Position numbers and translations under genes: made by a program
Notes under the pieces: generated by a model
What the model saw: only the letters and a program-made list of their open reading frames with translations
The model's database searches: none
Told to the model about the DNA's origin: nothing
Source: Octopus sinensis
Taxonomy: Eukaryota
Assembly (NCBI RefSeq): GCF_006345805.1
Contig: NC_043007.1
Location: forward strand, 19,282,001-19,346,000
DNA: 64,000 bases
Direction of reading: 5' to 3'
In this document: positions 14,416 to 27,333 of the stretch, piece by piece
Layout of the letters: each line of letters opens with the position of its first letter
How positions within the stretch are numbered: the stretch's first letter is position 1

Positions 14416-14969
14416 GGCCCAACCGTTATTATTATTATTATTGTTATTATCTGCGTATAACAATAAACAGAAGTGGGGAGAATAAAGTTAAAGTACAGAA
14501 TGGAATGTATAGATATTCAGAAGTACACCCAAGAATATAAAAATGTGCATAAAATACAGAGAAAAGCAGACGAAAGTATATATATATATTTATACCTAAA
14601 TGTGATAAAATGTGCATAATCGCAAACATCCATAAATACATATAAATATATATATATATGTAAATATACATACATATATACATATATATATATACTATAA
14701 AGTAAGATAGGGGTTATGGGTGTAACCCACTATGGGATATAGGCAATGTAAATTAGATTCCCTTTTGACCATAGGCTGAAACAGCTGTAAGAAGTAATTT
14801 TAGGATTTCATTAATTTATAATATGACTTTTAAAATCTGTATTTGTATCTATTTGTATCTTATCTATTGATTTATATAATATTTTGTATGCTTTTGATGT
14901 TCTCATTCGTAAAATGAATAAATAATCCAACATTATAATATCTAATTTGTTTCTCCATTTTCTTATTTG

Positions 14970-15018
<49 letters not shown>

Positions 15019-15291
15019 TTAGAGACAAAACCACTATTTTGCAAAATTTGAAACTGACTTGAAAATTGGAAGTCCACCTGAAGATTGTTGATTAGGACAA
15101 GAAACAATTGTAGTGGCGGTTTTTTTGACTTTTTATTAAAATTTTATGTATTGATTAAGTCTTTCCTTGTTTGTTTTGCAAAATAGTGGTTTTGTCTCTA
15201 ATAATATTATATAATATTTTACTATAAAATTGGATTTAATCCTAAATCTGATTTTTTCCCTGTAAATTTGGATTTATTCCCTAATATTTAT

Positions 15292-15334
<43 letters not shown>

Positions 15335-17122
15335 AGGTAAAATGATATGCAGAAACATGTACAAGACAGTTTGTAAATTATGAAATGCAGGTAGGGAAGT
15401 AATCGCAGATGTATGCACATGCACAGAATTAAAAACTTTTTCTTATTTAGACCAAGTTTTATTCTCTAAAATTATGCTTTTTACTGTCACAAGCTTTATA
15501 ACTTATTTTTTGTTCTAATTCGACCCTAGTTTATTCATATATAATTTACGAATATGAATTACCTTTTTTTTTGTTTGCTTATCTTGGGAAGGTCATTCTG
15601 CCAATAATAAACACACACACTGGTTCTATTTCACTTCTTTATTTTTTTAATTTTTGTTATGTATATGTCAATTGGTTAACTATTTCACCAGTTAACTAAT
15701 CGACTGTTTGATTAATCATTTGGCCAATCAATCAGTCAATCAGTTAGATTTGTCAAAGTCCTTTCATCACCATTTTCGACCTCATCAATGACACGCCCTC
15801 TTCTACTCTGGCTCTGCATAACCAATCCTCTTGAAACAAATATGAGTTGCTTCCCTTGTAAATCAAAACGCAGTCACGTGTTCTTTTCCAATTCAAATAC
15901 AAATCTATTTATGTTCAGATTCCATCATAATATAAACTCCAACAGTATTAATTTCATACTTTTCTCCACGTCTTTTCAAACCTCCCCCTTCAACTGTTTC
16001 CCTTCTACTTTTCTTTCCACATGCCTCCATTTCCTTTTTTGTGTCAACACATATATCAGCACCATTATAACACTTTTTTTTTTTTTACATATTTCAAAAG
16101 AGTTCAAATTATGAATGAAATGAATTTTTTAAGCAACACTATAAATAATTATTAAATATTTTTCTTCCAAAGCCTAGAATTGTAAACGGAGTTTTGCGTT
16201 TTATGGTTTAACCAAGTTATTACAAATAAGTACAGAATAACATACATACATACCTACACACATACTTCAAAATTTCAACATTGCACCAGGCTGCAAATGC
16301 GCAAGCTAACAGAGATGTTGCCAGGCTCAAACAAGGCAGTTGATGCTTCGTAGATGTAACAAGGAAGAGTTTTAATGAAGGCAACAAATGAAGATCCTTT
16401 TCCTGTTTGCACTTGCTTTCATCCATTAGGAAAGGATCAGCAGGGGTCATAGGCTTCTTTGAAAAATCATGCGGATGAAAATGTGTATGTGTGTAGTAGG
16501 GGACGGGGAAGACAATAAAGTTTACATGATCAATGAAGCCGATAAGGACGTATAGGGAGCTGCAGTGTTACGGTCGGATGGAGAAAGGGAAAATGTGAGA
16601 TAGAAGAGAAAGAGAGAGAGTGAATAGAGGGGGAGAAAAAGAAAGAATAAGAGAGGAGAGAGAGAGTGAGAGAGATAGAAGTCTCATGTTCTCCCATATG
16701 TAGAATGCTCGTCTTTGGAAGGAAACCTTCTCCCATCCAAACCCTGCACTGCTTAAAAACTTGAAGCAAAGACAATGAGGGAAATGTCTGCAGTGGGTTA
16801 TGACCCCTACAAATCATTAACAAAGTTTCACAATTATGTAATTTCTCATCACTAATATATATACATACATACATACATACACACACACAGACATACATAC
16901 ATACATGCATGCATGTATACATACATATGTATTTGATTAATGAGTGAGACAGAAAATGGAAGATACAAGATTGGTCGAAACAGCTGTTGAGATTAATAGA
17001 CATATTCATATCTTCCATCACTCTCATTATTCAAATACCCAATGAACACCATTTAAGTGAACGGGCTTTACCAGTAAGCTAACAAATGTATACCATTCAA
17101 TTTATTACCTTATATATATATG

Positions 17123-17173
<51 letters not shown>

Positions 17174-17357
17174 ATATATATGTATATATATATTTACACA
17201 CACATACATGCAATGCATAAGTACACACATACACACACATATTTGGAGAGAGAGGTATATGTGCTAGAAATTGTGTGTATGATGGTAACGGAATCAAAGG
17301 TGCATGTATGTATGGAAGTGCGATGATGATGATGATGACGACGACTGTGTGTGTGTA

Positions 17358-17390
<33 letters not shown>

Positions 17391-18085
17391 CCATGCACAA
17401 TATGAAAAGAACAACTGAAGAAATAACAACATTGTGTGAAGAACTGATGATGTCTCTAGAATAAAGTTCCAAAAATGAAAAAAAAAAAAAGCTGGTTAGA
17501 ATTTCTTCCTACCTCACAGCAATTCAACTTTATCAAACTCTATGAACTTTTCTATAAAGTTTACACATTTTTTTTTTTTCTTCGGTAGGGACCCATGTCA
17601 CAGATTTAAAATGAGATTGTGTAAATCAGAAGATGATCCATGCAGATTATTATTTTTTTTTTTTTCCATAATCTATCCTGAAAATAAACCCCTAGAATTT
17701 ATGTGCAATTTGCCCTGTAATGTTTGCCTCCTCCATTACCCCTGTGGCAAATAAAAGAAACCATAATTATTAAATAATTATCACAATAATAACGATAATT
17801 ATTATTATTATTGTTATTGTTATCATTATTATTATCATCATCATCATCATTAATATAAATTTCTTTAATTAAATAATATTTCTTATCCAAATTAACGTGT
17901 CAGGTGTTTTTGCCATATGTTTTGTTATTTTTTTTTTTGTCTTTTTAGATAATGGAATTCAGTTTTTCCAAAGTTTGTAGACCCCCCTCCCCAACCCCCA
18001 CCATTCATGTCTCATATTTTGTGTTTGTAAGTTGTCCCAATGTCCAAAATTGTTGCACTCAGTTTTATATATATGTATATATATA

Positions 18086-18123
<38 letters not shown>

Positions 18124-18171
18124 GGTATACGTATGTGTATATATACATAGGTATATGTATGTGTTTGTGTA

Positions 18172-18233
<62 letters not shown>

Positions 18234-18273
18234 TATACGTATGTGTATATATATATATAGGTATATGTATGTA

Positions 18274-18325
<52 letters not shown>

Positions 18326-18857
18326 TAGGTATATGTATGTATATATGTATATATATGTATATGTGAGTGTGTGTGTATATATATATTTCTTGTGTTCTCT
18401 TTTATCAAAAACGGCTCCCCTCTCTTCCAGACAGGTATTGTGTCCTCTTCATTACGTGTCAGTTGTTCATTGTGATGTTGTGATGTAATTTTTGTCAAAT
18501 GTCACTCTACTAGATTATCATAGTAATGTCTGTTTATTGTTAAATATAAGTAATTTTGATAGACTGATTAAAGAAAAGTGCCAACTGCGACATTCTTTAA
18601 TATTCAATGTTTTTCTTATTAAACCTGTCGCGTCTGGCACTTATTTAAATAAAACACAAAGAAAAATAAAAGAACAAGCATACCAAGAAAACACTATCAC
18701 TGATGAACATTTTTGAATAAGAAAATAAGATAGAATATCAACAACACTTTCATGTGTCTGGGAAAATGTTACCTTATTAAATTATTTGATGTCTGTTATG
18801 CAAAAACTATTATTGTTATGAATTAGGCTATCTTTACTATGAAATTACCATTGACCC

Positions 18858-19115
18858 GTGTCTGGGGAGAGTCATTTTCTTTTTGTACCTTATAATGTAA
18901 TATGCTCACCGGTAAAATTTCCACTTATTTCTTATTTTTATTTTCCTAAAATTTTCGTTGCATCTTGCAACCTTTTCAATAGGCAAGACTACTGAAAAGG
19001 TTGCAAGACGCAACGAAAATTTTAGGGAAGTAAAATTGTGAAATAAGTGGAAATTTTACCGGTGAGTGTGTTACATTATAAGGCACAAAAAGAAAATGAC
19101 TCTTCCCAGCCACAA
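18858..19115. repeat. Fold-back palindromic repeat (family also at 28875-29165 and 43640-43875)
   Basis: Arms gtgtctggggagagtcattt...ttgcaaccttttca / tgaaaaggttgcaa...aaatgactcttcccagccac with a loop of about 12 nt. Confidence 0.9.
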
Positions 19116-19994
19116 CAGAATATATATATATTGTGAAAACTTTCGTTTTTGTGAGCTTGTTCGTTTTCCATTGGTAAATAATGACAGGTGTTACTATATA
19201 CCTTAATAAAAAAAAAGTCACCTTATTAAATTCATAATTTTTTTGTAAAAACTGTCAGTTTTGTGAACAGGCCTATTTTCTGTAGGAAAATATTGACAGG
19301 TATCACTCTGTGCTTGCTTTGAAAAATACCAAAAAAAAAGTTTAAAAAAAATTATTTGATGTCATTTTATATAAAATCTGTCATTTCTATGAGCTGGTCT
19401 ATTTTTTGTATGAAAATATAAACTAAGACTCCCTGGTGTTCCTGCTTTCTTTTGAGACCCTCCCTCACTCAAAATTTTAAAAGAATGTAAGAAAATGTTA
19501 TTCTATAACACTATTTGTCTCCCTTGTTTAAAAAAAAAAAAAAAGCTAATGTCAATTAATATGAACTGCTGTATTTAGGTTTGTAAAATATAAAGACGAG
19601 AAAATAATATAACCATACAAAACTTTGTTTCATGTATATTTATATAAAGAAACCCACCATTAGAAAGTGTTTCCTTTAATTAACGGAAAAAAAAAAAAAA
19701 AAGAAAACAAGAAGGAAATTGTCATTTAATTAAATTGTTTGATGCTGCTGCAAGTAGTAAAACTGTCTCTCCTACAAAAAAAAAAACTGGTGTAGCTTTT
19801 AGGTAAAAGCCAACAACAACAAAAACAATATTGCCATACAAAATAGTTTTTGTAAAAATAAAAAATAAAAACCGATCCAAATCAATGTCCCCAAAATATT
19901 AATTAGTGGCGCATTGGTTTACTTTCGTTAAATCATTAAAATGACCCCTAAAGTGGAAAATATTTCTCTATTAACTACTACACTTTTATCTTTG

Positions 19995-20047
<53 letters not shown>

Positions 20048-20284
20048 ATATATACGCATATATATGTATATATATATATATATGTATGTAAATATATGTG
20101 TGTGTGTGTGTACATTACATATATTATATAAAATACCTATGCATATATATTTAAAGGTGGTGCTCCAGCATGGCCGCAGTCAATTGACTGAAACATATAA
20201 AAGAATATATGTGCATGTGTGTTTATATATATATATATAATATATATATGTGTAAATATATATGTACAATTATATATATACATA

Positions 20285-20330
<46 letters not shown>

Positions 20331-20392
20331 TATATATATACATATATATATATATACATGTAAATATATATGTACAATTATATATATACATA

Positions 20393-20426
<34 letters not shown>

Positions 20427-21964
20427 ACACACATATATATACATATTTATATGTGTGTGTGTAAATATATATGCATATAATGTATATATGTAAATATATA
20501 TATATAATATATAAACAGATATATATTGAGTGTATATATAAATAGATATATACATGTATGTATGTAGCACTACCTTACAAAATTACTATTATTAATATTA
20601 TCATTATTATTATTATTATCATTATTATTATTATCCTTATTGTGTATTATCCTCCTTTATGAAGAGCACCTCACCTCCCCCACCCTCTTTACAAGATGGT
20701 GGCATACCACAGCAATATAAACCTGGTCTGTATGCGTGTGTGTGTGTAGGGCGATGGTGTTGCTTGCTGGTTTAATATGCATATATGTACGCATGTACAT
20801 CTGCGTGTGTGTGTGTGTGTGGTGTGTGTGTGTGTGAACTAAGACTGTTTTTTCCAATCTTCACTGAAGAAATATTAAGCCCAGCTGGAGCAATTGAGAC
20901 AAACCACTGCGCCACCTGGTTCTTCAGTTTGTGAAAATTTTGATGATTTTCTGCCAATATAAGTGAAAAAAAAAAAGAAAAAAAAAACAATCCCCCCTAA
21001 CCACACACACACACACACTCTTTAACTGGGTTTGTTGCCATGTTCTTTAATTTGGCTGCTTTCTAATGGCATCGGATATATTTATTAGGATTCGTTAGCT
21101 TTATGTCTAAATGAATGTGTGTGTGTGCGTGTGTGTGTGTGTGCGTGTGTGTCTCTATATCTCTGTGCATACATAGTTACATACACACACACACAAACAC
21201 ACAATTATACAAGCGTATGCTTGTGCATATAAATATAGTCAATTTTTTATAAATGCATATGTACGTGTAAACAAGCCAATAAGGTGTCTGTGTATACATT
21301 TATGTATGTGTGTATGTGTGTGTGCTGTATGTGTGTGTGTGTGCATGTATGCATATATACATATATGTATGCATATATATGCATGTATGTATGTGTGTGA
21401 GTGTATATATATATATGAATGTATCTATAAATATAAATATATGTATATGCATGTATCTATATATATAAATATATATATATATATACATATATATGTATAT
21501 ACATATATGTACATATATGCATATACATATATGTACATATATACATATACATATATGTATATATATATACATACATATATATATATGCACGAATATATGT
21601 ACATATATATGTATTAATACATACATATATATATATATAAGCGTGGAAACAGTTATGTAAATTTACACACATGAGTATATATACATATATAAATATATGT
21701 ACATATACATATATATATATATATATATATGTATATGTTTTTCTATATATATATTTATATATATATTTATATATATATATCTTATTTGCCGAATTTTTAT
21801 CCTCCCCCCACCTTCATGAAAGTAAAGAACAAAAAAAAAAGAAAACTCATAGATCAAGGTATGGCAAAATATAGGAAATTGATGGACAAGTATGAGGGGG
21901 GTTGTACAGGGAGTGGGAGCTAAAGGTTTACAAATCAAAATTGTAATAGTAGTAGTAGTAGTAA

Positions 21965-21997
<33 letters not shown>

Positions 21998-22068
21998 CAG
22001 CAGCAGAAACTGCAGCAGCAGAACGAAGAGAGTGTCTCCCTTGTAGAGAAATAGTCAGCCGATTGGAA

Positions 22069-22137
22069 TCAAACGACAGTTTCAGGTTTCGTGGCTAGTT
22101 TTGCCTCCCGGTGCATCATTTCAACTGACTCTATGGC
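22069..22137 (-). CDS. PLCB4: PLC-beta terminal coding exon: AIESVEMMHREAKLATKPETVV-stop
   Basis: ttctcttttccag|GCC after a long U tract; TGA at 22071-22069; the ending resembles PLCB4 -PATVV; total in-window CDS 1929 nt is a multiple of 3. Confidence 0.92.
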   Translation of the reverse strand, partial: AIESVEMMHREAKLATKPETVV

Positions 22138-22776
22138 CTGGAAAAGAGAAAAGAAAAAAAAAAAAAAAAAAAGAAAAGAAAGAAACTTTTAAATCACTCC
22201 TTGTGCCTTCTGAGGGAATATGGTAGGCAGAAATTATGTGGAAGCCTATCACACACACATATATATATATGTGTATATATACATACATACATACATATAA
22301 AGTGCAAAATAATAAATAAAATGTATATATTCTACCAAATATATATGTTTTATTTATTATTTTGCTCATTACTTAATCATCGTTATATATTTTATCTTAT
22401 ATTTAATCTTTCTATAAGATGTAATTTTTCTAAATGGTATAATTTAATTTTTCATTATTGAATTGATAAAAGGTGATTTTTTTTCTAATTTATATATATA
22501 TATATATTATATTTTGTGAAATTTGATTTAGTATTTCTAAATTGAATTTTTCCCTGTAAGTTTGGAATAATATTTCCTCATATATATATATATATATATA
22601 TATAAATATATATATATATAAATATATTTTTTATATAAATATATATATATATATAAAATCACACAAGTAATAAGGACATAACACCCTGTTTGTGAAGGTA
22701 TAAACTCCAGGTTAATGTGAAATATTTTGTATAATATGTATAAATAAATAAGTGGAATTAAACGCAGGTGTTATTC

Positions 22777-22807
<31 letters not shown>

Positions 22808-23743
22808 GAATTGCAGCATGGAAGGTGTTTATAAGCCATTTAAATAACATAAAAGCCATTAGATTCACTTCAACATTTAAATTTGCATTCTTTCTGATTC
22901 AGCACAGAATTTTGCCTGTAAACAGGTCATGGTTTCAAAGCAACGAAAATAATTTGGCACAAATTAAATTTAAATGTTAAAGTGAATCTAACGGTTTTTG
23001 TGTGTGTTTCTTAAATGGCTTATAAACACCTTCCATGCTGCAATTGTTTTTGTTTCAGCACACGATCTCAGATCAAGTCACTTGCTATGCAAGAATATCT
23101 CTGTAACATATATATATATATATATATATATATACTGAATCAGCTAAAAGGATCATTGAGAGTAGGGCATTTAGAGGAATAAGCAGAAAAGCATAAATTC
23201 CACCATTGTACATAATATAACTGTACTCAACAGCTGTTTCAATGGCATAAAATTTCAGTATTTATAATAATTACATAATTAATAAAATGTTGTGGTTTGT
23301 TTGAAGCATTGTATATGATATGTGACACTGAAAGAGTTAGAAGGCCAAACAAAGCAAAACAGACCATTATTGGTGGTCCTTGTTGTTGTTGTTGTTAAGC
23401 AACAAGAAGGGTAAGGGTGATTAGGTGATGGTCTAAGGCTTAGGGGCAGGAGACCCTAGACCTTGGAAAGAAAAAACTTTGGTCATTTTGTTGTAGTCGA
23501 GGGCTCTTCGTTGACGCCCGACACCACTGGGAGGTGGCCCTCGAAGTCGCTGGAAATGGAGATCTCCAGGTCCAAATTCCATTTTGCATTGTCTGGCCCT
23601 TCTAACTCTTTCAGCATCAATTAACATAATTAATATATATATAATTATTTGATTAATTTAAAACTCATATTTTACCCCTATCATTGACATGGTTACTATT
23701 TGTATAGAGAAGATATCTGCAATATTAAGGAAGGGGATCTTAC

Positions 23744-23888
23744 TTTTTCATTCTCCTTTTGCAACTCTTCTGCTTGTTGGCTATGAACTTTCTTAATGGC
23801 TTCTACCTGCCTGGAATGTTTTACAGCTAAACGTTTCCTTTCTTCAATAAATTTCTTCGTATTGTTCTCGTTCAGTTCTCTTATCCTC
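23744..23888 (-). CDS. PLCB4: PLC-beta distal CTD exon: RIRELNENNTKKFIEERKRLAVKHSRQVEAIKKVHSQQAEELQKENEK
   Basis: attacag|G, GAAAAA|gtaaga; 145 nt; REL...NTKKF.EERKRLA motif. Confidence 0.95.
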
Positions 23889-24904
23889 CTGTAATATAAA
23901 ACGCCATAACAAAACCAGATTAAACTCAACAACAGATTATATTCTTTTATTCATTTGACCGTGGCCATACTGGAGCACTGCCTTTAGTCGAACAAATCGA
24001 CCCCAGGACTTGTTCCTTGTAAGCCTAGTTTTTATTCTATCAGTTCTCTTTTGCCGAACCGCTAAGTTACAGGGGAAATAAACACACCAACATCGGTTGT
24101 TAAGTGATGGTGGGAGGGGGACAAACACAGACACACAAACATATACTCGCACACACACCACACACACACACATATATACGACAGGCTTCTTTCAGTTTCC
24201 ATCTACCAAATCCACTCATAAGGTTTTGGTCAGCTTGAGTCTATAGTAGAAGACACTTTCCCAAGGTGCAATGCAGTGGAACTGAACTCAGAACCATGTG
24301 GTTGGTAAGCAAGCTACATACCACACAGCCACTCCTGCTTAAGCAGCTGAGATTATTTATTGGCATTTTAACAACATTTAAACTTTTAAACTTAAAAGTT
24401 TTGGGAAGATGAGCTTCTTTTGTTTTCATGGTTTTCACATTTGACAATACAGGAAAAGGTAAAGTTGTTAAGATTAACCCTTTCGTTACCAACCCGGCCA
24501 AAACCAGCTCTGGCTCTGTAGTACAAATGTCTTGTTTTCATAAGTTTTGCATCAAAATATACCACCAAACCTTAGTCGCAATTTATATTTCTAATACTAG
24601 CTTAATGATAACTAAGTTATTTTACTAAATTCTTTGTTATATTTAAAATAACTGAAAGAAACACAGAGCATCTCAAATAAATACAGTAACGAAAGGGTAG
24701 GACTTATAAAGTTTCTAAGTTGGGACTCAATCTGGGAAATAGATATTTTATCAGATATACTAGATTAATCTACATTGTGGCAAGAAACACAAACAAGTGT
24801 AACCTTATCCAACTCACTACTTTGTCAGGAGTGATTCTGTAGGCAGAGCTGGGAAGAGGGTCTTAAATAAGTATGTGTTGCTGTGTATTGTGGTAGCTGA
24901 GTAT

Positions 24905-25140
24905 GGCCACAGCTTCTGGAAGAAACGTTAGCACGCTGGGCGAAATGCTCAGCAGTATTTCGTCTGCTGTTACGTTCTGAGTTCAAATTCCGCCAAGGTC
25001 GACTTTGCTTTTCTTCCTTTCGGGGTCGATAAATTAAGTACCGGTTACACACTGGGGTCGATGTAATCAACTTCATCCCCTTGTCTGTCCTTGTTTGTCC
25101 CCTCTATGTTTAGCCCCTTGTGGGCAATAAGAAATAAGAA
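24905..25140 (+). mobile_element. tRNA-derived SINE family 1, near full length
   Basis: A-box-like tggaagaaacgttag, B box gagttcaaattcc, central domain and A-rich tail; inverted partner at 25255-25475; other copies at 36130-36340, 37965-38190, 43370-43565, 52997-53210, 54935-55150. Confidence 0.85.
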
Positions 25141-25214
25141 TAATAGAATGGGAACTGCTGAAGGCATTTAGACAGGCTGATTGGAAGCAAAATGTTAAAA
25201 CACAAAACATGAGG

Positions 25215-25245
<31 letters not shown>

Positions 25246-25615
25246 ATGTAGTTTTAAGGATCCTTTCTACTAAAGGCTCAAGGCTCGAAATTTTGGAAGG
25301 AGTGGTGGGGAACAGTCGATTAGATCGACTCCCAGTATGCAACTGGTACTTAATTCACTAACCCCTCCCAAAGGATAAAAGGGCAAAGTCAGCCTCGGCA
25401 GAATTTGAACTCAGAAAGGAACCAATGGGCAAAATACTGCTGTTTTTGCTCAGCATGCTAATGATTCCACCACATTGAGTCTGAGAAAAATGCCTGGGGC
25501 TAAACAGTTTTGCCACCACCACTGCTGCTGCCGCCGCTACTGCCTCTGCCACCACTGCTGTCACCGATGCCCCCTTCCCCCGCAGCCACCACCTCCCACT
25601 TTGACAGTTACTTAC

Positions 25616-25717
25616 CTGTCTCTTTCAGCTTTGTTCTTGATTGATTTATCATTCAGTACAGCTTTGCTAGACTCCATCGATTGTTTGGCTTGGATCGTCC
25701 TCAGTTCTTTGTTGTCT
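25616..25717 (-). CDS. PLCB4: PLC-beta distal CTD exon: [33 protein letters not shown](R)
   Basis: aattccag|A, GACAG|gtaagt; 102 nt; [10 protein letters not shown] motif; missed by the ORF track. Confidence 0.95.
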
Positions 25718-25970
25718 CTGGAATTGGAAAAAAACAGGTTGTTTTTTTTTTTTGTGAAGTTAGGACAATATTATTATTTTTACCTGAATTCAGTAAAATA
25801 CGCATCGTTATTGAAGAATTCTAATCAGATCAAAACGAATCTATTGTTCCACTACCATCTGCGTTGTCTTTGTTTCCCTCCAAAATCTTCAATTTGTTGA
25901 TTTGGAGTTACCTGCCTTGCATATTTTCATAATTATAAATACCCCTTTGAGTGAGGGTTTGCCTAATGAT

Positions 25971-26330
25971 AATGTTGGATGGAACTTACACTCGTCTCCT
26001 TAGGAGAGCTCAAAATCTCTCGTGGAAGCGTCATCCAACCAAAGTACAAATATATGGGAAATTACCATCTGTATCATCTCTTATGAAAGGTAGAAGAGTC
26101 CAGTTTGCTGGACATTGTTGTAGAGCTGAAAATGAGGTAATTTCTACTCTTCTCTTCTGGAAGCCATCTGCTCGCAATGCCAGAGGGCAGACACTCTCCT
26201 ACCCTGATGCAATCTCCAGGGATACAGGCATCCAGCAACAGGACCTCCGTAATGCTATGATGGACCATGAAGTCTGGCGTAACATAGTGAATTCCATTGT
26301 CTCAACTACGGTCGAACAATGATGATGAAT
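25971..26330 (+). mobile_element. 5'-truncated RTE-clade LINE, C-terminal end of the RT ORF
   Basis: LDGTYTRLLRRAQNLSWKRH...RRVQFAGHCCR...W.P...YPD.ISRDTG...DLRNAM.D.EVWR is the typical RTE C-terminus; followed by a tgatgatga tail. Confidence 0.85.
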
Positions 26331-27157
26331 AATAATGTAGGTAATCTCAGGTACTCAAAGATTCTTATCTCGTTACACAGGTGAATGCCTATCATGCTTG
26401 TATGCAACACATTCCTCTCAGGTATTTTCCTTCATCATAATGTTCACATTCATTATCACTATCACTGTATTCTCTCTTCATTAGGTTGTCTGTTTTAACG
26501 TCTGTTTTCCCATGGTAGCATGGGTTAGATGAGTATATTACTGAGGTATTGTTATTACAGCTGGACAGTCTTGCTGTTGCTTATTCTTTTCTGTTTTTCC
26601 CAAATTCAAAGACACAAAATAAGCAGATGACTTGTTGACAGGAGTAACAGCAACAACAACACCACTTGGGGAGAGCAAATGTAAACAAACACATAAACGA
26701 TAAATGTCGCCCTTTTCAAGCCTAGTCAGGCTCATGGGCCCAGTTTCCTGGTTTCTGTGTTCCCCCCAGCTGGACGGGACACCAGTCCATCGCAGCGTTA
26801 CTCAAGAAACAGGAAGAGAGAGTGAGAGAAAGTTGTGGCGAAAGAGTACAACAGGGGTCGCCACCACCCCCTGCCGGAGCCGCGTGGAGATTTTAGGTGT
26901 TTCGCTCAATAAACACACACAACGCCCGGTCTGGGAATCGAAACCACGATCCTCTGACCACAAGTCTGCTGCCCTAACCACTGAGCCATTGCGCCTCCAC
27001 AGTCCCAGATATACTATGTATGAAAAATAAGATGAGGTAGTCACGGTTTTAAAGTCTTTGATCATGGAACAGCTTGATCAAAACTGACCTAGGGTTAAAC
27101 AATGAAAATATTACTCTGTTTATATCATTCTGTACACCTGTACAGGTGTATTCTTAC

Positions 27158-27333
27158 CTGTCTTGTTTCAGTTCCAATTCCTTCAACTGGGTCTGTTGTA
27201 CTTCCTCCACAAGCCGATTATTTGTGGTGTTCTGCTGTAAAATGTGGGCCTTGTTCAGCTCATGTTCCTCCTTCAATTGTCTGGCAATCATGTCTGACCA
27301 TTCTTTGGTGTGTTCGGACACCAGAAGGTTTAC
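27158..27333 (-). CDS. PLCB4: PLC-beta distal CTD exon: VNLLVSEHTKEWSDMIARQLKEEHEL...QLKELELKQD(R)
   Basis: gtgcag|GTA, GACAG|gtaaga; 176 nt; HTKEWS motif. Confidence 0.94.

Noticed and set aside
16220-16450. 76-aa minus-strand ORF of non-repetitive composition
   Set aside because: No recognisable domain or consistent splice sites; more simply explained as 3' UTR or intergenic sequence.
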